The notes beneath the pieces were generated by a model, which made no database searches, was not told the DNA's origin, and was given only the letters and a program-made list of their open reading frames with translations. From the human T2T-CHM13v2.0 reference genome, Homo sapiens, in assembly GCF_009914755.1 (NCBI RefSeq), contig NC_060937.1: a DNA stretch of 64,000 nucleotides; one strand, written 5' to 3'. Below are positions 13,762 to 31,056 of the stretch, in pieces; position 1 is the first letter of the stretch, and each line of letters starts with the position of its first letter. The position numbers and the translations under genes were made by a program.

Positions 13762-15171
13762 GTTGGGTGGGATCAAAGGGGAAACAGGATAAGAAAGTGA
13801 GTAACAGCAATGGACATTGCCTGACTGTTCAACCCAAACCATTTTGCAGGATTGCTCTGGAATCCCTGTTCTTAGAGGCCCACACATGTTGCCAGGCTTT
13901 GAATCTAGCACTGGAAACAAGTGTCCAAGCTGGTCAGAGACATTCATCTAATCCCACTAGTTACTGAGCCCACCCAAATAGTCACCTACCAGAAGAACTA
14001 TATAAAGTACACACCAGATGACTTTGATACAGTGCATGTGATTTGGGCTATAAAACTGTCCACAGAGCCTTTGACCCCAATCATTCAGGCCCTCGAAGTG
14101 TAACGTGTCTTCATGACACCCACCACCATGTACTGTATTAGGCCATACCTGTGGAGCAATGAGTATGTTGAGAACAAAAAGTAAAACACACACAAAAAAA
14201 CACATATAGATATAAAAAGGTGTTCTGGGACAACCTTAGTCAGATTGCCCCTTATGAAACAAGGACTTCACTGACAGTTTCTATGCATGGGATTATTTTT
14301 CCTTCCTGGGGAAAAAGATGGAATATATGAATCCTGATTATTAAACAAGTTACCACATGGCTGTGTATGTCCTTCCTCAAAAAACAAATATCTCAGCATG
14401 AGAAGAATGCGTAATGTTTGCAAAATTCCTTAGAATTTTTAGAATTTCTTCTTTGTTTAACAGTGTTGATGACTGATGGTTGATGTAGCCACTGGAGAAA
14501 GACTGCCCATTAGGCTTTATTAAATAGATATGATTGGATTCATCATGGCACAGGCTTCTACTGTGGGAGAAACAGAGAGACACCTTCCCTTTGGGAAGCA
14601 GCTGTCTGATAGAGTCTGTGGAGTTGGGCTGTGACTTACTGCAGAAGCTTCTTGTCCATTACAAGAAAAGCCCAGGTCTATCTGAATATCTACACAAAGA
14701 GAAATTTATCTCAGAGGCAGAGGACTGAAACCAGTGTGTATAATTTGTGAATCACTTGTTTTGCATTAAGAATTAACAAAAGAGGAGAACAACTGTTGAC
14801 CGTTTTCCATTTCTTGGTGTATTGAAACTTACTTCTCATTTCCCTTTGCCTACCCGCCCCCAATCCTCTTGCTGTTTTTCTTTTGAATCCCATGTCTTTA
14901 TTACAGTTACCATGAACAGAACATAACTGCCTGGGCTTGAGTTCTTGTCTATTAACAAAAAAATCTATTTAATTCGTATGTAAGGTCTAACATGGAGTGG
15001 GGAAAGGCAGAAACATCTTTTATGGAGACAGATAGTGAATGATACCTTCCGAATGGTAAACATGTACTTGTTGGAGATGAGCTCAGCTCACTCAGAGATC
15101 TCATGGGAATGAATGCTTCTCCTGATTTAAGAGCATGCATATCTTATTTCCACATTGAGGGAGAAAAGAAT

Positions 15172-15370
15172 CATAGTATAGTGGAAAGAAGAATTGGACA
15201 GATTCGGGACCCCACATTTTCCTTCTGCTGCTTGCTGCATCAGCTTGGGCAAGCTACTTGACCCCTGTGAGCCCTGTTGCCCCATCTGTGGAATGGGGAT
15301 TATTATACTTACCACATGGGATATTGTGTTTATTACATGAGAAAATGTTTTTTATGGCCTGAGGCATACT
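15172..15370 (+). mobile_element. MIR
   Basis: Core CTTGGGCAAGCTACTTGACC...CATCTGTGGAATGGGGAT. Confidence 0.75.
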
Positions 15371-15398
15371 GCAACTCAAAGCTGAGTAAGCAATGACA

Positions 15399-15700
<302 letters not shown>

Positions 15701-16030
15701 TCAAGAAATTTACAGTCTAGCAGACATTTGAAAACTAACTTTGGCTTAATCATAATATAGTGATTTCTTGTTTACCTCTGATGACTATTACTGCACTACC
15801 TATTGGAAGATAGATAGTACGGTTGGGTTTCTGTGGGGAAAAAATGGAGATATTTCCTTTGGGACAGTGACTGTGCTTAGAACTGATTACATGAAACATT
15901 CCAAGACTAAAATCCCAGTAACCTTTACCTCTCTTATTCTACTGACACCTTCACCACCCCCAAAATGAATAATAAAACACACATTCAACATCAAAACTTA
16001 TGATTACAACCCAATTTTTAAAATGGGCAA

Positions 16031-16320
16031 AGCTGGCGTGGTGGCTCATGCCTGTAATCCCAGCACTTTAAGAGGCTGAGGCAGGCAGAATTGCTTGAGC
16101 TGAGGAGTTTGAGAACAGCCTGGGCAACGTGGCAAAATCCCATCTCTACAAAAAATACAAAAATTAGCTGGGTGTGTTGCTGTGTGCCTGTAGTCCCAGC
16201 TACTCAGGGGGCTGAGGTGGGAGGATCACTTGAGTTGTGAGGTCAAAGCTGCAGTGAGCTGAAATCATGCCACTATACTCTGAGCTTGAGCAACAGAGTG
16301 AGACTTTGTCTCAAAAAAGA
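16031..16320 (+). mobile_element. Alu (AluJ-like)
   Basis: GCTTGAGC, GGTGGGAGGATCACTTGAG J-type diagnostics. Confidence 0.92.
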
Positions 16321-16355
16321 GGGGGTGAGAGGCAAAAAGAACTTGAACTGACCTT

Positions 16356-16739
16356 TGTTATGGGCTGAATGTTTCCCCCAAAATTTGTATGTTGAAGTCC
16401 TAGCCCCCTGTACTCAGAATGTGACTGTATTTGGATACACGGTCTCTGAAGAGGTAATTAAGGTTAAATGAGACCACTGGGGTGAGCCCTAGTCCTCATA
16501 AGAAAAGGAGATTAGAGCATAAACACAGAAGAAAGCACATAAACAATCACAGAAGAGAGACTATATGAAGACACAGGAGAAGACTGCCATTTATAAGCCA
16601 AGGGAGAGGCCTCAGCAGAAATTAGTCCTGCTGACACCTTGGTCTGGGGCTTTTAGCCTCCAGAACTGAGAGAAAATAAACTTCTGTGTTTAACCCAGCT
16701 TGTGGCACTTTGTTATGGCAGCCCTAGCAAACTAATACA
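16356..16739 (+). mobile_element. MLT1B-like solo LTR
   Basis: TGTTATGGGCTGAA ... CTAGCAAACTAATACA; TSD ACCTT/ACTTT. Confidence 0.88.
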
Positions 16740-17112
16740 ACTTTCCCCCAAGAAGGCATACAGATGGCCAATGAGCACATGAAAAGATGGTCAACATCAT
16801 TAGTCATCAGGGAAGTGCAAATCAAAATCACAAGGAGATACCACTTCATACTTGCTAGAGTGGCTATAAACACACACACACACAAAACAAAAAATGGAAA
16901 ATATAAGAGGTATTGGTGAGGATGTAGAGAAATTGGAACCCTCCTACAAATGGTACATTTTGAATGTACCATTTGAATGGTACTATGGAAAATGGTTTGA
17001 CAGTTCCTCAAAAGCCAAACATAGAATTGGCATATGATCTAGCAATTCCACTCCTGTGTATATATCCAAAAGAACTAAACAGAGGACCTCAAGCAGATGC
17101 TTATAGGCCAAT

Positions 17113-17470
17113 TGATATGATTTGACTGTGTCCCCACCCAAATCTCAAATTGTAGCTCCCATAATTCCCGTGTGTCATGGGAGGGACCTGGTGGAAGGTA
17201 ATTAAATCATGGCGTGGGTCTTTCCTGTGCTGTTCTTGTGATAGTGAATAAGCCACATGAGATCCAATGGTTTAATAAATGGGAGTTCCCCTGCACAAGC
17301 TCTCTTTCCTGCTGCCATGTAAGACCTGACTTTGCTTCTCCTTTGCTTTCCACCATGATTGCAAGGCCTCCCCAGCCATGTGGAACTGTGAGTTCAATAA
17401 ACCTCTTTCCTTTATAAATTACCCAGTCTTGGGTATGTCTTTATTAGCAGTGTGAGAGCAGACTAATATA
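17113..17470 (+). mobile_element. THE1 solo LTR
   Basis: TGATATGATTTGACTGTGTCCCCACCC ... GACTAATATA; 5-bp TSD CCAAT. Confidence 0.93.
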
Positions 17471-19084
17471 CCAATGTTTATAGCATTATTCACAATAGCT
17501 AAGAGGTAGAAACAACTCCAGTGTCCATCAATGGATGGAATGGATAAAATGTGGAATATGTATACAGTGGAATATTATTCAGCCATAAAAAGGAATGAAA
17601 TTCTAATATGTGCTACAACATGGATGAACTTTGAAGATTTTATGCTAAGTGAAATAAACCACACAAAAGACAACTATATAATTCCCTGATATGAAATATC
17701 TAGAACGGACACATTCATAGAGGCAAGGTAGATTAGACGTCACCAGAGGCTGGGAGGAGGAGACAATGGACAGTTATTGTTTAATGAGTAGGGAGTTTGT
17801 TTGGTGTGATTAAAACGTTCTGGAGATGGATAGTGGTGATGGCTGCACAACAGTGTGACTGTATGTAATGCACAGAACTGTATACTTAAACATGGTGAAA
17901 ATGGTACATTTTGTTATGTATATTTCACCATAATTTTGCAAATAATGTAATAGATGCCAAACCATTTAATTAATGGGTGAATTGTATGGTAGGTGAATCA
18001 TATCTCAATATTGCTGTTGGAAAAAAACTCTGCAATAGATTGTAGTGGGTGAGAAAAGGCAGGTGATGGAGACCAAAAGGCTAAATTGAGGAGACTGCCA
18101 GAATTTTCCCCACTTTTCCTTGTTCTAACCCACTGACGAGGCCCTATTACCAGATGAGCTGAAACCATTAAATGGGCTTGGCTTCTCTAGTAGCTCGTCT
18201 TTCCTGAGTCTGAGCAATTTTGAGTATAGAAGGTGGTGCGTCCATGACGCCTCCAGGCTGACCGTCCTGTGCCCAGCCAGAACTCAGCTATCTGTTCTCA
18301 GCTTGAGCTCATCTCTTGTGTCTCAGTCAGCCTCCCCTATGGTCAGGTGGCACCTGCTTTCTGTCACCGCCTGCACTCCTTCTAGACTCTATAAATATGG
18401 ACAGAACATAAATAAAAAGCCCAGCTTTGGGGCCTCTGAGCAGGATTGTTATTTACTGTTATGTAGTGTGATTCTGCACCCCCAGGGCTGTAGGCTAGTA
18501 TTTGCTTTGGGGGCCTGATTGAAAGGTAGTTCTTCATGATCATAAAAAGTCAAAATCATCTCCTGTGATCCAGCCTGCTGCTACCAGCTGCAATCTATGC
18601 TTTTACATTATGCATGATTCTCAATGCTTATGGTGCAGGAAAAAGATACACAATTCCATTAGCGATTCCCAGTGTTATGCTAACCACTTCCAGGCTACTG
18701 CTGCTAATTAATGTTAATATAGAACTGCTTACATATTTATGTCTTAGTCCATGCATCATGAAGATGGCATGGGGCTCCTCTTGTTTAGGACTGATTAAGC
18801 CAATCTAAAACTGATTGAGAGCCACAAGTGATGGCTTTGGAGTGGATGGCTTTGGCAATGCAGCCTCACATTATTAAATGGAGGGGACCTGCGGAGGTGC
18901 CTGCTCTGCCGGGGCTGCTGCGCACACACGCGTGCCCAGGCGAGTTTGGACTCTCCCTCTTCCTTGCCCTTCCTGCTGTATTTATAGTGTTTGATAATCA
19001 GCATGGGTCTGGTACCTGCACTGATTTGTCCTGTAGACTGTGACCCTTTTAGCGTACAAGCTCCACCATGAACCACAGAGCTGG

Positions 19085-19257
19085 CTGCAGCAAACGGCCT
19101 CTCTCATCCTTTTCTCTTTCTAGGCTCCTTGCCTCTTTGTCTCTCCTCTGCTTTTCTTTATGCTTTCTTCTCTCTGTCCACCTAAATGTACTTATTTTTC
19201 AGAGCCTAAATAGTATATGTGGGGGGACAGGGAGAGAGAGAGATGGAAGGAGGAAAA
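19085..19257 (+). repeat. Left arm of diverged ~175-bp inverted repeat
   Basis: Aligns by eye to the reverse complement of 20448-20630. Confidence 0.85.
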
Positions 19258-19846
19258 GTCAGTATAAGGTAGGTATGGTTACAGGACGGGCCACTGTTGT
19301 TGGCAAGGGGACTCCATCCTGCCCAACCCTTCTGTCCACCTGAAAGTGGTCTTGCAGAGGCGTCTCTCCTCTGTTGCTCCAGGAGCTGTGGGTTCTCCCA
19401 GAACTCTCAAGCAACACGTGGAGATATATGGAGTGGGCTCTTTCCCAGGTCTCCCACTGTAGGATCAGAGTGGTGTGGGTGAAGGCAGATATACTGGGCA
19501 GAGCCTAGAGCAAGAGAAAGCGACACACAACTGCTGTCCACAGCTGCAGCAGGGGCCACCAGAGGTGCCTGCTAAGCCAGCTGACACACTATCTGGAAGA
19601 AGGCTCCATCACAGCCCTCCCATGGAGGCCACACTGCCCCAGGACATCTGGGTGGCTACAGGTGGACTTGTGCCTGCTCTCCTTTCATACCTTTTTGCAT
19701 TTCCACCATCAACCTCCCCAGGAGGTTCTCCCATTCAGTGCTGAATGCCAGTTCCAACATGGCTCTTCATTTATTCACTCCAGCATTCATTGAGTGCATA
19801 CAGTGGACCAGGCTCCTTGCAGGTTCTGGAGATAAAAAGAAAAAAG

Positions 19847-20257
<411 letters not shown>

Positions 20258-20447
20258 TCACAAATAGTTACCAAGCACTCACTCTGGGCCAGGTCATCTT
20301 TCAGACCCTAGGGATTCAGTGCTGCCCAGAACCCACACAGTGCTTGCCTCTCTGGGCTTGGAATAGGGGATGCCAATGGTCAGGATCACAAGTGCAACAG
20401 TAATTTATAGCAGAGGAAGATCACGTAGGCTGGAATGATTCAGATAA

Positions 20448-20630
20448 TTTCCTCCTTCTGCCTCTCACTCTCCCTGGTCCCTCATATATACTCTTTAGGC
20501 TTTGGAAAATAAGTATATTTATGTAGACAGAAAAGAGCAGCATTCCAAGCATCAAGAAGAGCAGAGGAGGAGGCAAAGCGGGAAGAGGCCTAGGAAGACA
20601 AAACGAAGTGAGAGGGTCTTGTCTGCTGAG
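20448..20630 (-). repeat. Right arm of diverged ~175-bp inverted repeat
   Basis: Reverse complement aligns to 19085-19257. Confidence 0.85.
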
Positions 20631-21204
20631 GCTGGACAAAGCTAACCAGGGCGGCAAGGGCAGAGGTGAACTCCCCTCCCTCCTCACCCCTTCTTGGCTT
20701 CTGATACTGGGTGTGTAGGGCTTATATGTCACTTACCCATGCCTGCGAAAATGGTTCAACATTCTTCCCAAAGTCTCATCTCTACCCAGGAGCCTGGAGA
20801 GGTTGTAGAGACGCACTATGCTTTGTTCAGGGGAGAAAATCCATGAGTCCCGGGAAGCCAGAGATAAACCTGAGTCCTGAACTGAATAAGGAAAGGATTT
20901 TGACTCATGGTAAGAACATGGCATGTCCGACTTCAAAGAAAAAGGACAACCTCTACTTTGATCTCCCTGACACCTAGATTTCACAGGGCGGCGACACGCC
21001 AGGCACTTTTTTGGTTGGGCATTTTGCATGGGCGATAGTATATTCTTAGTTGGAATGGGATAAGGAGCCCTGAATGCTTTTTAAAATTCCATGCTAAAAC
21101 TGTGAATTGGGCCTAATGGAAGCCCCTAGAATGTTACTCTCAAGGATCAGAGTTTTATGTCAGCTGGGACTTTGCAGAGAGTCTTCTGTGCAAGCCCCTC
21201 ACTG

Positions 21205-21305
21205 TCAGATGAGGAGACTGAGGCCAAGGGAAGGGAAATGACTTGCCCAGTTTTCCAAGGCTGGTAAGCAGTAGGTCAGCAGTAGCAGAGCCTGGAGCCC
21301 CATGA
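21205..21305 (-). mobile_element. MIR fragment
   Basis: CAGATGAGGAGACTGAGGC...TGACTTGCCCAG. Confidence 0.75.
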
Positions 21306-23507
21306 TGAGGCCATGACCAAACACAGCCAAGTGAGCAAGACCAGGTACTGGGCAGGACAGCCTACTCCACGGGAAGCCTGCGCTACTCATATGGGAAGGA
21401 AGGCAGGAATTAGAGTTCTCCAACCCAGGGCCATTAGGCGCAAGCTCTGGATTATGTGCCATTAGGCACAGCAGAATCACCTGGGAGAGTTGTTAACACA
21501 AATGACAGATGCCCAAACCCCACCTACAGACTGGGTGTCCCCCTCCCCCTTTATATGTTGAAGCCCTAATCCCCCTGTGTTTGGAGATAGGGCCTATAGG
21601 GAGGTGTGATATTGTGATGGAATAAGCATCTTTTACAGAAGTATAAATTAGACTAAGTTGTTTCCTAAGCCTTTTTATGTGTGTTGCTCAGAATAGTGTT
21701 GGGGACTGGAGAGATTGGGGTGGGAGCCCAGGAGAGGCAGCGTCCCTCCTAGGTCATGTCAGATGAGACATAGTCAAATGTGTGGGGTCTCGGTAGCACA
21801 CTGCCGGTATTCCACAAGTATGAAAGTGAGAAAACCACCCAAATATGAGACAAAGATTCTCTCCTACCCCCGTGATGAATATGAAAATCATCTTATTTAA
21901 CACAAATACTATCTTGTTCCCCACTTACCTCCAGTCTCCTGCCAGCAGACATCTGCACGCAGGCAACCACAACCACATACACATACACACATAAGCACAC
22001 ACACAAATATACGCACGCTGTTGCACTCAGCTGCTGCAGTCAGCCATCACAGTGGCTGGATTAGACAGCAATGTGTTCCTCATTCCCTGCCTCAGGCTTT
22101 TTGCTTTAACCAGAGGTCTAAAAAAGTTTTTTTTTGTTTTGTTTTGCTTTAAAAACAAAAAGGAAATTTCTTTCTTCTGCTAGCTTTTCAGCTATGAATC
22201 GAAATGTCCCTCCTGGGTTTTGAGGTGGAGGAACAAGTCTGTAGCTTTCTGTGAGCCTCTTGGCTGCTACCAGGTGGAACTTGGACAAAATAAATGACAG
22301 TAATCATATTTTCTTGTTCTCCTTTAGTTCCCCATAATCTGGCATGTCCCCAACCCCTCACACATGGAAAGAGATTTGTCTCTGGCCTGGGTGAAGGTCT
22401 AGAATGGTGAGTGCTCCGTCTGGGCTGCCTGACTGCCGTCCCTGTGTTCTCCTGTCCCTCCCTGGCAGTTCATCCATCACCATCCAACCTCCCTGTACCC
22501 CCACCCCTCCGCGCCCCCCTCCTGCTCCATGGGGCCTGGGGGCTTTGAGGAGAGAAGGACTTTGATGAACTTCTGAAACATGCAGAGCACGTTAGGGTTC
22601 TGCCAGAGCTTCCTCTGGAGCCTGAAAGCTTGGAACTTCTCTAAGACAATGGACAAGGGCTGGGCTAAGCTCAGGGAAACATCGTTTCTCATTTTCCTTG
22701 GCGGGGCTCTCCATCAGTGCTGTGCCCTGTGTCTGCAGGCTGGGTGTTCATCTCTCAGCTGCCTCTGCTGGTGGTCTCAAGCTCAAGAGGTCTCCAAACC
22801 TTTCACGGGGGCCAGGGGGGCATTGAGATCTGCTGCCCACTGCTACTCTGGGTTGCCAGGGCATCTGGGCTGTTCCTGTGATTGGACGGCAGCTGTTTAG
22901 AAAGCCAGGCAAAGCCATGTAAGGTGAGAATACATGTGTTCCTCTGCCCTGGACACTTAAGGAACCCCAAAGGTTGTCTGGCTTCTTCATTTAGCAGGAT
23001 GACATGCCCCGAAGTGAAAGATGCGAGTGTGCAGAATCCCATCATCCAAAACCCTGCCGCGAGGGCAGCAATAGCAAAGACCCCTCCACAGACACATCCC
23101 TGTGCCAGCCGGTGCTGGGGCAAACGGCAAGTCCCCAAAGCTAGGGGCATGGGGGACGTGCATTACACGGAGAAGCAGAAGCTGCTGGCGCATCCGTGAC
23201 AGCTGCTGGCTGTTTTCCAGTACTGCAGGGCTCCCTGCAGCAGCAGACGAGACTGTAATGCAGAATTTGGAGTTGATTGGTACGGACAGAAAATAGCCTT
23301 TACATTGCCAATATACTTGAAGCTCTTTACATTGCTCAATATACTTGTGTTAATTCACACGTTGCTAACTGGATGGCATCGATAGGGTCCAAATGTAGTA
23401 GAGAATTGAGGAAATTACCTACATTAGTTAACTCACAGAAAACACTTTTGCTCAACCAGCAGGATATTTCTTTCTGGTTGAAATAATTGGGAACCTTGAA
23501 TTATATG

Positions 23508-24181
<674 letters not shown>

Positions 24182-25448
24182 TGACTATTTAACTCACTTT
24201 AGTTGGCATTTGGAGACAGGGCCCATATTTCCAGAAGAAAACAATTTCCAGAGGCATTTCCCCAGAAAGATATGGCTTTAGCTTGTCTCTTACTTTATCC
24301 ACTTTATTTCTACTATATCATGCGCTAGAAATCTGGAAGCATGCAAGGTGTTTATATTCTATCAAAAACTAAATTGTGTTTCACATGTGTTCTCGCAGCA
24401 TTTGGGAACTGGGAAAGTGGGATTTGTAAAGCCTTGTTGCTGGCCTCTGGTATTGGATAGTAGACAATGTAAATATCATCTTTAGAAGATAAAACATTTT
24501 ATCTAAACAGCCTTATGATCCTGTCATTGGGTTGGAAACAGTTGCTTTCAATCTGCAGTCATACACAAGAGGGAGAGAGGCAGAATTCTTGTCTGATTCC
24601 CCCAATTCCCCAGGGATGAGAGCAGCAATCACAGATTTTCTCTCCATCACTCTGGCAGCCCTTAGGATGTCCCTAGACCACCACGCAGGTCCTCAAGCTG
24701 CCTGCCTTTTGTGTGCATGTGTTTCACAATTTCACATCTGCTGTTAGAACCAGAAATAGGTTTTTGTGGCTAGCTTGAACGTAAGCGCTTCTGGGAGTGT
24801 GGCAGCAGGACAGTTTTCTCTGTGTTGATGTGCCAGGAACATCGTAAACCCTCAATAGATGTGTTGCATTGGCTTGAACACAAATATACACCCTGGGTGC
24901 TTACAATTGCACAAAACATTTGTTTTCCAAGGATGTTCTCATTTACAGCACCTTTGACTGGTATGATTTGGGCCTGTTCTTTTGAGAATGAAAGAACTCA
25001 TCTAACGGAACTGACGGATTTTATTGTGAAAACCACTAACCATGGGAATTAATGGAAAAGGGGAAAATTCCCTTTACACAGGGAGACAGCTACTGTGCTC
25101 ATCTCTCAAAAGGACAAAGGATGAGTTTAATAATTACAGAGCAGCTCGCTTTACCTGATGTAGCTGGAAGTGACTAGAATGCCTCCCCCCAAAATCAATT
25201 TGTAATCACCCAGAAAAGCAAAAGAGGGTGCAGAACAATTAGAGCTGGCTTTGTGTGAAGTAGCACACATCAGAGCAGATGAATTTATTTCTGTGAGGGA
25301 AAGAGGGACTGAGTAACACAAGGCATGTATAAAGGATATTTAGGCTTCTGGAACCTTTCTACGTGATGTTTTCATCATCAGGCTGGGAAGCTTTGGGCTG
25401 AGCCATGCTACTGTTAGGTACAGAGTGAATTTTTGATTATTCTGCACC

Positions 25449-25821
<373 letters not shown>

Positions 25822-26361
25822 TCACAGAGGTCTGCCCTACCCAGGTTAATTTTGCATTGCATCACAATCATTCCTGGAAGACAAGTTGACAACTCTCCTT
25901 TCAAGACACACATGGTCTCCTCACTGCGGTGCTGGGTTACTCTTGGAATCAGCAAATCAGTGGTCCTGGCAGCCAGGACTTCTACCCCCGTCTCTAAAAA
26001 CAGTGGAAAGGGGCAGGTAACCAGATTTTTCTCTTTGCAGGCATAGGGGTGACTCTTGGAATTTGTATTCCTGGAAACAGACATATTGTCTGATGGCAAC
26101 CCTCCTTCATCAATCCCATTTAAAACTTGTGGAAAAATCCCAAATTTTGTCTTCAGATCTTTGTGACATAGTTTGGAAATTTGCAAGTTACTAGAACCAT
26201 CCAGGACACTTTAGAAAGCCTTCAAGCCACATGAAATGTGCAGAATATGAACTCCAGGATAGCAGCTCACATTTAGAAAACTGAGCCAGGGTGACACACA
26301 GACATTCAGTTTTTATTGCTACAAAAAGCACATTGGGAGATGAAGGAAATCCTAGTTCTGT

Positions 26362-26582
26362 GTATATATATATAAATATATACACAAATATATAATATAT
26401 ATATTATATAATCATCACAATAGTTATATGATTATATGTTATGTATATGCACACATACGGAATTATATATAGTCATATAACAACATGTATATATGATCAT
26501 ATATAATATATATTATATATTACATGTATAATATGCACATATATAACAGATTGTATATATAATAAATCATATATATATAAAA
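26362..26582. repeat. AT-rich/(TA)n low-complexity tract at the 3' end of the retrocopy
   Basis: Degenerate TA repeats directly abutting the ARF4 3'UTR end. Confidence 0.85.
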
Positions 26583-26584
26583 TC

Positions 26585-28356
<1,772 letters not shown>

Positions 28357-28572
28357 TCATTCTTTAAACTTCAGTCCTCTCAATTTTCATCCTCTTGAAA
28401 TAAACAACATTAATGACCTGGTTTACAACCTTCCATAGTCCTCCTAACGCTCAAACAACATATATACACATATGTAGAGTTTACAGGTTTTGTCCACTCT
28501 GAAATAACACCTGCGTGCTTATCTGAAACTCAAGATTATATTAAAAACATTTCCATCTTTTTCTAAAGTCTA

Positions 28573-28946
<374 letters not shown>

Positions 28947-29319
28947 GCTCTTTAACGGTTTTTTTTTTCACGTATTCTTATTAGATTGATTTTTTGTAAT
29001 CCTAATTTGCATTTAGTTACTCCAATTTACTATTATAAAGTGCCCCTAACATTTTCTGATATTTTAGTCTATTTCATACCTGTAGTAAAATCTACTCATT
29101 CATTCCTAAGAATTATATATTAGCTTATTTCTGATACGTTTTAGGAATTTTCTATTGTAGAAGTCTTTAATAGGTTTTAGTTTTTTATCATTCCTTTCAT
29201 AATTTGTCTTTTTTATTTAACCAGTTTCAGCTTTTACCTTTTTAAATCAATCTTCCTACTTCATTTTGCATGATTTTTATTCTCATTTCCTAATTTGAAA
29301 AACTTAGGGACAAGCTAAT

Positions 29320-29530
29320 GCAGTGATTATGTTCATAGATGCTGAACACGAACTGCTTTGGCTTAAAGCCTTGTTTTGTCATTTACAAGCTGTGTGACTT
29401 TGGGCAAGTTACCTACACTCTCTGTGCCTAAGTTTCCTCACCTGTAAAATGGGTTGTGAAGATTAAATGAGTAAATATATGTAAGCCCTTAGAGCAATGC
29501 CTGGCACATAGTAGCTACTTGATAAATAGT
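29320..29530 (+). mobile_element. MIR
   Basis: AGCTGTGTGACTTTGGGCAAGTTACC...TCACCTGTAAAATGGG...TGCCTGGCACATAGTA. Confidence 0.88.
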
Positions 29531-29669
29531 TTTAGAAAGAAAACAAATGAACTCCTTTAAACAGTAAGCTCTAAGGATAGAACAATTTTGAATACATTTT
29601 TAGCTGTGGTTTTGGTATGAAACCTTCCTTTCAATAGCTTGTAGATGTTTGTTTATTTCAGTTTTCGAT

Positions 29670-30270
29670 ATATTTCTTCCAATATTTTATTATAAAAAGT
29701 TTTCAAACCTGTAAAAAAGTTGAAAGAATCATAGAGGGAACACCAGCACTAAATTCTACAAGGAACATTCTGCTGTACTTATCGAATCACCTATGCATCT
29801 AACTATCCAGCTGTCTCATCCTGCACTCCAGCTTGGTTTTTGGATGCATTTCCAGGTAAATTACGAACAAGTTTTGACGTATTTTAAATAAGGGGGCCAA
29901 CCAAAGGAGTGTTTCTTAATTCTAATAATGTAATTTTGAAATTGTCCGTTCATTTCCCTTTATTAGAGTATGAACCAAGAACATGGCTTCTAAAATTTCT
30001 GCTTTGGGAAGTTTTCTTTATGGCCAAGCACATGATCAATTTTTGTAACATGGATGCAAAAGATGTATTTTCTGCTTGTAGGAAACACAGCTCTCCCTCC
30101 ATGCTTACTGTTCTTGTCAATTACATAATTCAAATCCTCTATATCATTATTGATTTTTCTCTGCTTGGTTTGTCAAAATCTGAAAGATGCATATTGAAAT
30201 TTCCTTTTATAATGTTCAAAAAGTTTTTCTTGCAGTTCCGTAAGTATATGTCTTCTATTTGAAGTATTCT
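29670..30270 (-). mobile_element. Ancient L1M fragments
   Basis: T-rich antisense L1M motifs (TATGGCCAAGCACATGATCAATTTTTGTAA; ATTCAAATCCTCTATATC). Confidence 0.55.
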
Positions 30271-30704
30271 TCTCCACTATTCCATTATAGACCCCCTGAC
30301 ACACTGCTGTGGTCCATCTGGTGTAGCTACAGATCGAAAGTTTCATTGCTCGCCCCCATTTCCTTTCCCCTGATCTTTTCCTGTCTTCAGGTGTCTGATT
30401 TGAGTCAGTTGACATTTGGTTAACTGTTTTCTATTTTCATTGGCTAGGAACACTGATGTTAAGATATCCTGAATCCTTGCATATAGGCAGCGAGTAAGAG
30501 ATATCATGGCCTGATAGCATGGATAAACCTTCTTTAAAACTCTGATCTTTTCCCTTAGGATTTTCATCTTACTGTGTTTTTGCTTTTGGTTGTGCAAAAA
30601 CCTTGCTTTTGGTTGAGCTCTTGGTCTTTTGGGTCATTAACTTGGTTCTCAGCCATGATCACCTTCTTTTTCAACTCACAATAAATTTTAAAATAAAGAT
30701 ATTG

Positions 30705-31056
30705 AGTATCTTAGTTGCATGAGCTGCCATATCAAAATACCAGAGACTGCATGGCTTAAACAACAGAAATTTGTTTTCTCACGGTTCTAAAGGCTGGAAG
30801 TCCAAGATCAAGGTGGCAGCGTAGCCATTTCTGGTGAGGACTCTCTTTTCTGGAAAGACACAGAGAGACAGATGGGGGAGGAGGGAGAGAAAGACAGCAA
30901 GATCTCTGATGTCTCTTCTTCTAAGGGGGTTAATTCCATTATGAGGGCTTCATCTAAATCTAATGATCTCCCAAGACCCCATTTCCAAACACCATCACAT
31001 TGGGGATTATGGCTTCAACACATGAATTTTGAGGGGACACAATTCAGTCCATAGCA
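30705..31056 (-). mobile_element. MLT1A-like solo LTR
   Basis: GGCTTAAACAACAGAAATTT...GGCTGGAAGTCCAAGATCAAGG ... GGGGACACAATTCAGTCCATAGCA. Confidence 0.88.

Larger units (their letters stand above)
16000..18027 (+). mobile_element. L1MB-type 3' region interrupted by AluJ, MLT1 and THE1
   Basis: L1 ORF2-end motifs (AAATGGGCAAA, GCATACAGATGGCCAATGAGCAC) and 3'UTR continue across three insertions. Confidence 0.85.
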
